Part shown: positions 28,898 through 36,602 of the stretch, piece after piece
Layout of the letters: the number at the start of each line of letters is the position of its first letter
Position numbering within the stretch: position 1 is the first letter of the stretch
Source: Paracoccaceae bacterium
Lineage (GTDB): Bacteria > Pseudomonadota > Alphaproteobacteria > Rhodobacterales > Rhodobacteraceae
Direction: 5' to 3'
DNA: 36,602 nt
Assembly (NCBI GenBank): GCA_007120685.1
Contig: SKNG01000413.1
Location: 1-36,602, forward strand
Made by a program: the position numbers and the translations under genes
Notes under the pieces: generated by a model
What the model was told of the DNA's origin: nothing
Database searches by the model: none
The model's input: only the letters and a program-made list of their open reading frames with translations

Positions 28898-30913
28898 ATG
28901 CGTTATCCGCACCTTCTGGCGCCCCTTGCCCTGCGCGGGATAACCCTGCGCAATCGCGTGCTGATGGGCTCGATGCACACCGGGCTGGAAGATGACGATG
29001 ACCTGCACCGCCTGGCCAGGTTCTTTGTCGACCGCGCAGAGGGGGGCGTGGGGCTGATGGTCACCGGCGGCATCGCCCCGAACGTCGAAAACGCACCTTT
29101 CGTCGGTTCTGCAAAGCTCACCACGGCCGAGGAGATCAGCCGCCACCGGACGGTCACGACGGCGGTGCATGACGCTGGCGGGCGGATCGTGATGCAGATC
29201 ATGCCGACCGGGCGATCCGCCGACACGCCGGATTGCGTGGCGCCCTCGGCGATCCGCTCGCCGATTTCGCGCTTCGTCCCGCGGGCGCTGGACGAAGACG
29301 GGATAGAACAGCAGCTTGCCGATATCGCGCAGTGCGCTGCCCTGGCGCGCGACGCCGGGTATGACGGGGTCGAGCTGATGGGCTCGGAAGGCTATCTGAT
29401 CAATCAATTCCTTGCCCCGCATGCCAACCAGCGCGCGGGTCGCTGGGGTGGCAGCCCGGAAAACCGCCGGCGTTTCGCTGTCGAGGCGGTGCGGCGGGTT
29501 CGCGCCGCGCTGGGCGATGACCGGCTGCTTGTCTATCGGATATCGCTGCTGGATCTGGTCCCGAACGGCCAGACCTGGGACGAGGTCGCAGCCCTTGCCC
29601 ACGCGTCGGTCGAGGCCGGGGCGGACATCCTCAACGGCGGCATCGGTTGGCATGAAAGCCGCGCCCCGACCATCGCCACCTCGGTTCCGCGCGCCGCCTT
29701 TGCCTGGGCGGCGCAGCGGCTGAAATCCGAGGTCGGCGTGCCGGTCGTTGCCTCCAACCGGATCAATACGCCCGAGGTGGCAGAGCGCCTGCTGGCCGAA
29801 GGCTGGGCCGACATGGTGTCGATGGCCCGTCCGCTGCTGGCGGATGCCGCCTTTGTGCGCAAGGCAGCCCAGGGGCGGGCGGCGGAGATCACGCCCTGCA
29901 TCGCCTGCAACCAGGCCTGCATCGACCATAGTTTTCGCCGCAAGCTGGCAAGCTGTCTGGTCAACCCGCGTGCCTGCCATGAGACCGAGCTGGTGTTCCA
30001 CCCGGCCAGCCCCCCCCGCCGCATTGCCGTTGTCGGGGCCGGGCCGGCGGGTATCGCCGCTGCCCTGAGCGCCGCAGAGCGCGGCCATCAGGTTACGCTG
30101 TTCGAGGCATCTGACAGCATTGGCGGCCAGTTGAAGCTGGCCCGGGAAGTGCCGGGCAAGGAAGAGTTCCGCGGCCTTGTCACCTATTACGAGGCAGCGC
30201 TGAAGCGTTCGGCGGTCACGCTGCGCCTTGGCACCCGTGCCGAGCCGCAACAACTGCGTGGCTTTGATGCGGTGGTTCTGGCAACCGGCGCCCGCCCGCG
30301 TGACCCCGGGATACCGGGCGGGGACGGGCCCGGCGTGGCCAGCTATGCCGATGTTCTGACGGGCCGGGTGGTGCCCGGTGCGCGCGTGGCAATTGTCGGG
30401 GCGGGCGGCATCGGGTTCGACGTTGCGGAATTCCTGGTGCATGAGGGGCCATCGCCAACACTGGATATCGACCGCTGGCGCCGTGCATGGGGGGTCGGCG
30501 ATCCGGCCGATACGCCGGGCGGCCTGATCGATGCCCGGCCTGAACCTCCGGCACGGCAGGTGGTGCTGTGTCAGCGCAAGACAACCAAGCACGGCGCCGG
30601 GCTGGGGGTGACGACCGGCTGGGTTCACCGGGCCAGCCTGCGCGGCAAGGGGGTGCAGATGCTGGGCGGTGTCAGCTATCTGGAGATCGGCGCGCGCGGG
30701 CTGCGCATTGCCACGCCCGACGCCCCCGAGGGCCGCTGGCTGGATGTCGATACCGTGGTGATCTGCGCCGGGCAGGAGCCGCAGCGAGAGCTTGAACCGG
30801 CACTTCAGGCAATGGGGGCCGAGGTTCACCGGGTCGGCGGTGCCGACAGGGCGCGCGAGCTTGACGCAAAGCGGGCCATCGATCAGGCGACCCGGCTGGC
30901 CGCGCGCCTGTAG
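28898..30913 (+). CDS. fadH: NADPH-dependent 2,4-dienoyl-CoA reductase
   Basis: NRVLMGSMHTGLE, MGSEGYLINQF, GIGWHESRAPTIATSVPR, Fe-S motif CIACNQAC..C, two Rossmann GxGxxG motifs, and the ELDAKRAIDQATRLA C-terminus; 671 aa. Confidence 0.93.
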   Translation: MRYPHLLAPLALRGITLRNRVLMGSMHTGLEDDDDLHRLARFFVDRAEGGVGLMVTGGIAPNVENAPFVGSAKLTTAEEISRHRTVTTAVHDAGGRIVMQIMPTGRSADTPDCVAPSAIRSPISRFVPRALDEDGIEQQLADIAQCAALARDAGYDGVELMGSEGYLINQFLAPHANQRAGRWGGSPENRRRFAVEAVRRVRAALGDDRLLVYRISLLDLVPNGQTWDEVAALAHASVEAGADILNGGIGWHESRAPTIATSVPRAAFAWAAQRLKSEVGVPVVASNRINTPEVAERLLAEGWADMVSMARPLLADAAFVRKAAQGRAAEITPCIACNQACIDHSFRRKLASCLVNPRACHETELVFHPASPPRRIAVVGAGPAGIAAALSAAERGHQVTLFEASDSIGGQLKLAREVPGKEEFRGLVTYYEAALKRSAVTLRLGTRAEPQQLRGFDAVVLATGARPRDPGIPGGDGPGVASYADVLTGRVVPGARVAIVGAGGIGFDVAEFLVHEGPSPTLDIDRWRRAWGVGDPADTPGGLIDARPEPPARQVVLCQRKTTKHGAGLGVTTGWVHRASLRGKGVQMLGGVSYLEIGARGLRIATPDAPEGRWLDVDTVVICAGQEPQRELEPALQAMGAEVHRVGGADRARELDAKRAIDQATRLAARL

Positions 30914-30946
30914 CAGGCTTCGGAAAACGAAGAATTATCAGCAGCC

Positions 30947-31003
30947 GCGGCGGAAGCTGCGCCGCTTCCGCCGCTCGGCCTGGTCGCCCGGGCGGGACTT
31001 TTT
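30947..31003. terminator. Hairpin(s) between convergent fadH and ABC permease genes, probable terminator
   Basis: 11-bp perfect stem gcggcggaagc/gcttccgccgc (30947-30974), then a weaker GC-rich stem followed by TTTTT at 30999-31003. Confidence 0.55.
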
Positions 31004-31094
31004 GCCAGCGTGCCCACGTGCGGTGTTCCGGCCGGCGGCTCAGCGATGCGAAAGCAAGGCATTTTACTCGCCGCCGGCTCGGATCAGCGTCATA

Positions 31095-31838
31095 TCAGCC
31101 GAAGTTCAGCTTTCCATGCCGCGCCTGCGCCGCCCAGGTGATCGCAGCGGCAAAGGCTGTCCAGCCTGCCAGGACCGCCGCAAAGCGCAGCGGCAGGCTG
31201 CGGCCGTCCAGCGCGGCCCAGGCCAGTTCGCCCATCGCGCGGGTGGGGGTCCAGACGGAAATGGCGGCGACGGTCTCGGGCAGCATCTGCGGCGGCATCC
31301 ACAGCCCGCCCAGATAGGCCAGCGGCAGGAAGATCAGGTTGGCGAGCGGCACCGCAGCCCGGGCCGAGGCAAGCGAGCCCAGCGCCGTGCCCATCAGCGT
31401 GGCCGGCCCCGCCGCCAGCAGTGTGATCATCACCAGCCGCCCCCAGCCGCCCGTGTCGGCCAGCACCACGCCGCCAAGGGTCTTGCCCAGCACCAGCACC
31501 AGCCCCATCGCGACCGCGGAAAACCCGACCCCGGCGACGATCCGCGCCACCCATGGCGCGCTGGTAGCACCGGGCAGCAGTCTTTGCCAGCGGATGAAGG
31601 GGTCCGCACGGTCCTGCGCCACGGTGACGCCGAACTGATAGAAGCCCACGCCCAGCACCGCATAGACCGCGAAAGAGGCCATGGCATAGCCCGCCGCCGG
31701 CCCGCTGCCCGCCAGCCCCGCGCCGAAAAAGGCGTAGAGCATCGCCGGAAACAGCACCGTCGGCACCCAGAACCCCGGCTGGCGCAGCAGCACCCGCAGT
31801 ACAAGGGTCAGTTCGGCCTGAAGCTGGCGGGCGGTCAT
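31095..31838 (-). CDS. ABC-2 type transporter permease (YvfS-like)
   Basis: ATG at 31838 overlaps the ATPase stop (ATGA). LLRQPGFWVPTVLFPAMLYAFFG, FGVTVAQDR, LAYLGGLWMP, WTPT; about 6 TM segments. Confidence 0.88.
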   Translation of the reverse strand: MTARQLQAELTLVLRVLLRQPGFWVPTVLFPAMLYAFFGAGLAGSGPAAGYAMASFAVYAVLGVGFYQFGVTVAQDRADPFIRWQRLLPGATSAPWVARIVAGVGFSAVAMGLVLVLGKTLGGVVLADTGGWGRLVMITLLAAGPATLMGTALGSLASARAAVPLANLIFLPLAYLGGLWMPPQMLPETVAAISVWTPTRAMGELAWAALDGRSLPLRFAAVLAGWTAFAAAITWAAQARHGKLNFG

Positions 31839-32722
31839 GGGCGGTTCTCCGGTTTGATGCGGGCGATGACGTCCGGCAGGGCAAGGGGTTCGACGATCAG
31901 ATCGGCAAATGGGGTGCCCTCGTCCACAAGGCGGCGCAGGCAGGCATCGCTGTCGTCGGTTTCGGCATGCCAGCGGTCGCCCGCATGCGTGGCGCGTAGC
32001 CAGTCGGGCGGGTGGGCACCTTCGGGCAAGGCGAAGCTGATCCGCCGCGCCTGCATCCGGGCGCGCATATCGGCCAGGGTGCCATCCATCACCTTGTGCC
32101 CCTTGTCGATCATGGTGATCCGGTCGCAGACGGCCTCGATCTCGTCCCAATGGTGCGAGGTCAGGATCAACGCGCCGCCGTCCTGTACATAGCCCCGCGC
32201 CGTAGCGCGGAAGGCCTGCTGTGCCTCGGCATCCAGCCCGGTGGTGGGCTCGTCCAGGAACACCAGCCCGGGGCGGCCCAGGAAAGCCAGTGCCAGCGCC
32301 ACGCGCCGCACCTCGCCGCCCGAGAAACCGGCCATGCGGCGGTCGATCACGGGGGACAAGCCAAAGGCGGCGATCACGTCATCGAAGGGCACCGCGCGGG
32401 CGCGCCGCGCGGTGGCATAGGACAGCAATTCGCGCGGGGTCAGTTGGTCGGGGAAACCCGCCGCCTGTGGCGTCACGCCCATCATCGCCCGCGCCGCCGC
32501 GCTGCCCGGCGGGTGGCCAAACAGCCGCACCGCGCCCGCATCCGGCACCCGCAGCCCCATCAACATGGCCAGTGCGGTCGATTTTCCGGCGCCGTTGGGG
32601 CCCAGAAGCCCCAACGCCTCGCCCCGGCCAAGGTGCAAGGACAACCCGGCGACAGCCGTCACCGCGCCGAAGCGCTTGGCAATATCCAGGGCCTCGATCG
32701 GTTTGTGGTGACTGGTACTCAT
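31835..32722 (-). CDS. ABC transporter ATP-binding protein (YvfR-like)
   Basis: Walker A GPNGAGKST, signature FSGGE, Walker B VFLDEPTTGLD, H-loop TSH. Start is 32722 or 32734. Confidence 0.93.
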   Translation of the reverse strand: MSTSHHKPIEALDIAKRFGAVTAVAGLSLHLGRGEALGLLGPNGAGKSTALAMLMGLRVPDAGAVRLFGHPPGSAAARAMMGVTPQAAGFPDQLTPRELLSYATARRARAVPFDDVIAAFGLSPVIDRRMAGFSGGEVRRVALALAFLGRPGLVFLDEPTTGLDAEAQQAFRATARGYVQDGGALILTSHHWDEIEAVCDRITMIDKGHKVMDGTLADMRARMQARRISFALPEGAHPPDWLRATHAGDRWHAETDDSDACLRRLVDEGTPFADLIVEPLALPDVIARIKPENRP

Positions 32723-32793
32723 GTTGCCCCGCATGTGGTTCGCTGATAAAAAATCAGCTAAATGAGCAGGCTGGCTGCTTGAAGGACAGTTTC

Positions 32794-33615
32794 GTGAAAC
32801 AGCCCGGATTCCGCGTGAAGCTGACCGACGGTCGGTTCGCGCTTCGCGAAATGGCCGCCGCGCTGCGCGACCGCACGGTCTGGGCGGTCATTCTGGGCGT
32901 CGTGCTGCTGGTGGCGCTGGCCGGGCCCTTCTACACGCTGGACAGCCTCGGCCTGGCGGGGCGGATCGGCTATTGGGGGTTGGTCGGTGTGCCCGGCGCG
33001 CTGATGATGTGGGCGCTGAACAGTCTGGTGGGTGTGCTCTGTCCGCCGCACTGGCCCCGCGCGGCGATCGGCGCGCTGGCGGGCGCCCTTGGCATCCTGC
33101 CGCTGATGCTTCTGGTGGCAGCCGGGATGGCGCTGGCCGGTCTGGACTTGCCGCCGGCGGGCTATGCAGGGCTGCTTCCCTATGTCGCGCCCACGGTTAT
33201 CGGGATCAGCGTGCTGGTTCAGGTGCTGCGGCCCGGGCAGGACGATACGGCATCTGTTGCCAGCGCTGACCCGTCAACGGGGCTCTTCGCGCGGCTGCCG
33301 CCTGAACTGGGCCGAGACATCATCGCGGTGCAGGCCCAGGACCATTACGTCAAGGTTTCGACGACGCGCGGCAGCCATCTGGTCCTGATGCGCCTCAGTG
33401 ACGCGGCGGCCGAGCTTGCCAGCCTTGGGGGCATGCAGATCCACCGGTCGTGGTGGGTCAATCTTGCGCATGCATCGGGACTGGAGAAGCCTGATACCGG
33501 GGGTGTCCGGCTGGTGCTGCGCAACGGTATTCGCGTCCCCGTTCCAAGATCGAAGGTTCCGGACGTCAAGCGCGCCCTCGCGGCGGAAAACAGGCTCGAT
33601 GCCGGGCAGGCATGA
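32794..33615 (+). CDS. Membrane-anchored LytTR-family transcriptional regulator
   Basis: About 4 N-terminal hydrophobic helices; C-terminal LytTR domain (AVQAQDHYVKVST..MRLSDA..MQIHRSWWV..VPVPRS). Start uncertain (GTG 32794 after GAAGGA, GTG 32815 or ATG 32851). Confidence 0.88.
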   Translation: MKQPGFRVKLTDGRFALREMAAALRDRTVWAVILGVVLLVALAGPFYTLDSLGLAGRIGYWGLVGVPGALMMWALNSLVGVLCPPHWPRAAIGALAGALGILPLMLLVAAGMALAGLDLPPAGYAGLLPYVAPTVIGISVLVQVLRPGQDDTASVASADPSTGLFARLPPELGRDIIAVQAQDHYVKVSTTRGSHLVLMRLSDAAAELASLGGMQIHRSWWVNLAHASGLEKPDTGGVRLVLRNGIRVPVPRSKVPDVKRALAAENRLDAGQA

Positions 33616-33792
33616 CCGGTTGCAGCGCCTGCCCGGGCTCTGGCATTGCCAGTTGCGAGGGCGGGAAATGGCCCGGCGCCGGCGCGGTGCAGGTGCGGCT
33701 GCACCGGGGTTACGGGCCGCTGCGCCGCTCTGACGCGGTCTTGTGACCCGGAAGCCCTTTGCCGCGGCCAATGATCCGGTTATATCTGCGCC

Positions 33793-35772
33793 ATGCTGGT
33801 AGAACTCGGACATTTCGCCCTGATCCTGGCCTTTGCCGTCGCGCTGGTGCAGACGGTGGTGCCGCTGGTGGGCGCACACAAGGGCTGGGGCGACTGGATG
33901 GCCGCCGCCAACCCCATGGCCAGCGCGCAATTCGCGCTGGTCGCCTTCAGCTTTGCCGCGCTGACCTGGGCCTTCGTGACCTCGGATTTCTCGGTGCAGC
34001 TGGTGGTCAACAATTCCCATACCGCCAAGCCGATGATCTACAAGATCTCTGGCGTCTGGGGCAATCACGAGGGCTCGCTGCTGCTATGGGTGCTGGTGCT
34101 GACGCTCTTCGGCGCCTCGGCGGCCTGGTTCGGCTCGAATCTGCCCGCCACTCTGCAGGCCCGCGTGCTGGGGGTGCAAAGCTCCATCGCGGCGGCCTTC
34201 ATGGCCTTCACCATCTTCACCTCCAATCCGTTCTGGCGCACCGCCTCGCCCCCCTTCGACGGGCGCGATCTGAACCCGCTTCTGCAGGATCCGGGCCTGG
34301 CCTTCCATCCGCCATTTCTCTACCTCGGCTATGTCGGCCTGTCGCTGGCCTTCAGCTTTGCCGTCGCCGCGCTGATCGAGGGGCGGGTGGACGCGGCCTG
34401 GGGCCGCTGGGTGCGGCCCTGGGCGCTCGCGGCCTGGGTGTTCCTGACCATCGGCATCGCGCTGGGGTCGTACTGGGCCTATTACGAACTGGGCTGGGGC
34501 GGGTTCTGGTTCTGGGATCCGGTGGAAAACGCCAGCCTGATCCCCTGGCTTTTTGCCACCGCGCTTCTGCACTCCGCCATCGTGGTGGAAAAGCGCGAGA
34601 CATTGAAGGCCTGGACGGTGCTGCTGGCCATCCTGGGCTTCGGCTTCTCGCTGCTTGGCACCTTCATTGTGCGCTCGGGGCTCCTGACATCGGTCCACGC
34701 CTTCGCCGCCGACCCCGACCGCGGGTTGTGGCTTCTGGTCATCTTTGCCGGCTTCATGGCCGGGGCGCTGATCCTGTTTGCCCTGCGCGGCGCGGCGCTG
34801 GAGGCCAAGGGGCTGTTCGCCACCGTCAGCCGCGAGACGGGCCTGGTGCTGAACAATGTGCTGCTGGCGGTGTCGGCGCTGGTGGTCTTCGTGGGCACGA
34901 TGTGGCCGCTGATGGCGGAAATGGCCTTTGACCGGGTGCTGTCGGTCGGCCCGCCCTTCTTCAACATGGCCTTCACCCCCTTCATGGTGGCGCTGGCCGT
35001 GGTGCTGCCGGTGGGGGCGATGCTGCCCTGGAAACGCGGCAACATCATCCGCACGCTGCGCGGGCTTTGGGGCTTTGCGGTGCTGGCGGTGGTGATGGGC
35101 GCCCTGGTCTGGGTCATCCAGACCGAGGGCACGATGCTGGCGCCGGTGGGCGCGGCGCTGGGGGTCTGGGTGGCACTTGGCGCGCTGGTCGATCTGGCCA
35201 GCCGCACCGGACGCGGCAGCCCCGCCGAACGCCTGCGCCGCCTGACGCGCCTGCCCGGCGCCGACTGGGGCAAGGCGACGGCGCATCTGGGCTTCGGCAT
35301 CACCGTGCTGGCCATCGCCGTGAAGGTCGGCTGGCAGACCGATGACATCCGCGTCGCGCATCTGGGCCAGGGCTTCGACCATGGCGCCTATACCCTGACG
35401 CTGGAGGATGTGCAGCGGGTGGAGGGACCCAATTTCATCTCTACCATGGGTTTCGTCACCGTGACGCGGGACGGGCGCCATGTCGCCGAACTGCGGCCGG
35501 AGCGGCGCATCTATCCCGCCGCCGGCATGCCCACCACCGAGGCCGCCATCGACTACGGCTTCTGGCGCGATGTCTATGTCACACTGGGCGACCCGCAGGA
35601 GGGCGGCGGCTGGGCGGTGCGCAGCTATATCCGGCCGCTGGCGAACTGGATGTGGACCGGGGCGCTGCTGATGGCGCTGGGCGGGCTGATCTCGCTCTTT
35701 GATCGGCGTTTCCGGGTGGCGGCCGGCGCGCGCCAGCCGGCGCCGCGCAGCACGCCGACGCCGGCGGAGTAG
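33793..35772 (+). CDS. ccmF: Cytochrome c biogenesis heme lyase CcmF
   Basis: WGNHEGSLLLW, LNPLLQDPGLAFHPP, WAYYELGWGGFWFWDPVENAS (WWD domain), SVHAFA. Confidence 0.97.
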   Translation: MLVELGHFALILAFAVALVQTVVPLVGAHKGWGDWMAAANPMASAQFALVAFSFAALTWAFVTSDFSVQLVVNNSHTAKPMIYKISGVWGNHEGSLLLWVLVLTLFGASAAWFGSNLPATLQARVLGVQSSIAAAFMAFTIFTSNPFWRTASPPFDGRDLNPLLQDPGLAFHPPFLYLGYVGLSLAFSFAVAALIEGRVDAAWGRWVRPWALAAWVFLTIGIALGSYWAYYELGWGGFWFWDPVENASLIPWLFATALLHSAIVVEKRETLKAWTVLLAILGFGFSLLGTFIVRSGLLTSVHAFAADPDRGLWLLVIFAGFMAGALILFALRGAALEAKGLFATVSRETGLVLNNVLLAVSALVVFVGTMWPLMAEMAFDRVLSVGPPFFNMAFTPFMVALAVVLPVGAMLPWKRGNIIRTLRGLWGFAVLAVVMGALVWVIQTEGTMLAPVGAALGVWVALGALVDLASRTGRGSPAERLRRLTRLPGADWGKATAHLGFGITVLAIAVKVGWQTDDIRVAHLGQGFDHGAYTLTLEDVQRVEGPNFISTMGFVTVTRDGRHVAELRPERRIYPAAGMPTTEAAIDYGFWRDVYVTLGDPQEGGGWAVRSYIRPLANWMWTGALLMALGGLISLFDRRFRVAAGARQPAPRSTPTPAE

Positions 35773-35776
35773 GGTC

Positions 35777-36241
35777 ATGCGCGCGCTCTTCCTGATCCTG
35801 ATCCTGGGGCTGGCGATGCCGGTGATCACCGCGCCGCCGGCCCAGGCCGTGCAGCCGGACGAGATTCTGGACGACCCGGCGCTGGAGGCGCGCGCGCGGG
35901 CGTTGTCGGCCAATCTGCGCTGCGTGGTCTGCCGTAACGAAAGCATCGACGAATCGAATGCCGATCTGGCCCGCGACATGCGGCTGGTGGTGCGCGAGCG
36001 TCTGGTCGAGGGCTATTCGGATGCGCAGGTGATGCAGTTCATGGTCGACCGCTACGGCGAATTTGTCCTGCTGGAGCCGCGGCGCGACGGCTGGAACATC
36101 CTGCTCTGGGCATCCGGGCCGATCCTGTTGCTGCTCGGCCTGGGAATTGCGGTGACGGCGATCCGCCGGCGCGGCAACGATGCGCCCGAGCCGCTGTCCG
36201 AGGCCGAGCGCGCGCGTCTGAAGGAAATCCTGCGCGAGTGA
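35777..36241 (+). CDS. ccmH: Cytochrome c biogenesis protein CcmH (CycL/Ccl2)
   Basis: Signal peptide, LRCVVCRNESIDESNA (LRCxxC), RYGEFVLLEP and a C-terminal TM; directly follows ccmF. Confidence 0.95.
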   Translation: MRALFLILILGLAMPVITAPPAQAVQPDEILDDPALEARARALSANLRCVVCRNESIDESNADLARDMRLVVRERLVEGYSDAQVMQFMVDRYGEFVLLEPRRDGWNILLWASGPILLLLGLGIAVTAIRRRGNDAPEPLSEAERARLKEILRE

Positions 36242-36256
36242 CGCAAGGTTGACGCT

Positions 36257-36285
36257 TTGCGCCGGCAGCGCTGCGCGGCTAGGGT
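36257..36285 (+). promoter_or_regulatory. Putative sigma70 promoter for the enoyl-CoA hydratase gene
   Basis: TTGCGC-N17-TAGGGT, with SD-like GAGAGGA at about 36302. Confidence 0.4.
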
Positions 36286-36318
36286 TCGGCTGACTGTGTC
36301 AGAGAGGAACCCCGGCAG

Positions 36319-36602
36319 ATGGATTACAAGACCCTGATGGTCAGCGAGGACGGCGGGATCGGCCTGATCCGGCTGAACCGGCCGACGCTGATGAACGCGC
36401 TCAACAGCCAGATGCGGGCGGAAATCACCCATGCCGTCGCCGATCTGGGCGCACGGATGCGGGTGCTGGTGCTGACCGGCGAGGGGCGGGCCTTCTGCTC
36501 GGGCCAGGATCTGGGCGATGGCACCTCGGTCAGCGAACTGGACCTGGGCCGCATCCTGCGCGAGGAATACGAGCCGATGCTGCGGGCGATCTATGACTGC
36601 CC
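36319..36602 (+). CDS. Enoyl-CoA hydratase/isomerase family protein (PaaG-like), 3'-partial
   Basis: Absent from the ORF track; my translation is MDYKTLMVSEDGGIGLIRLNRPTLMNALNSQMRAEI..VLVLTGEGRAFCSGQDL..EEYEPML, which carries crotonase motifs. Confidence 0.9.
   Translation, partial: MDYKTLMVSEDGGIGLIRLNRPTLMNALNSQMRAEITHAVADLGARMRVLVLTGEGRAFCSGQDLGDGTSVSELDLGRILREEYEPMLRAIYDC

Noticed and set aside
31095-32722. ABC pair as the missing ATPase of the secretion locus
   Set aside because: It is an ABC-2/YvfRS-type pair with separate NBD and permease, lies about 7 kb away under its own regulator, and is not an HlyB-type fused exporter.
23860-33790. Mobile element or island boundaries around the accessory block
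   Set aside because: No integrase, transposase, tRNA or flanking direct repeats are visible.

Overview
High-GC window with strong GC3 bias, most likely from an alphaproteobacterium (Rhodobacteraceae-like, inferred from the ccmF-ccmH-enoyl-CoA hydratase block and the TRAP gene style). The left 24 kb holds a candidate specialised secretion locus. It starts with a 5'-truncated giant modular surface protein (>5,650 aa, open from base 2). That protein carries beta-propellers, about 9 He_PIG/cadherin-like repeats, a short YD/RHS-like stretch, dockerin- and cohesin-like modules, a Ser-less lipase-like fold, an HExxH motif, NG- and DPx-repeat spacers and an anchor-like tail. It is followed by overlapping or tightly spaced genes for a GAF-GAF-MFP(HlyD) protein, a PqqD/RRE-M50 peptidase-MFP fusion and a SecA paralogue truncated after the motor domains. 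A third MFP gene converges on the locus across back-to-back perfect palindromes. No ABC exporter, RTX repeats or TolC appear in the locus as seen here. This suggests a T1SS-like machine powered by a SecA DEAD motor, with a leader-binding intramembrane peptidase. The right part holds a TRAP transporter, an acyl-CoA ligase and fadH, a YvfRS-like ABC pair divergent from a membrane LytTR regulator, ccmF-ccmH, and the start of an enoyl-CoA hydratase. Domain calls are motif recognition by eye, not HMM results.
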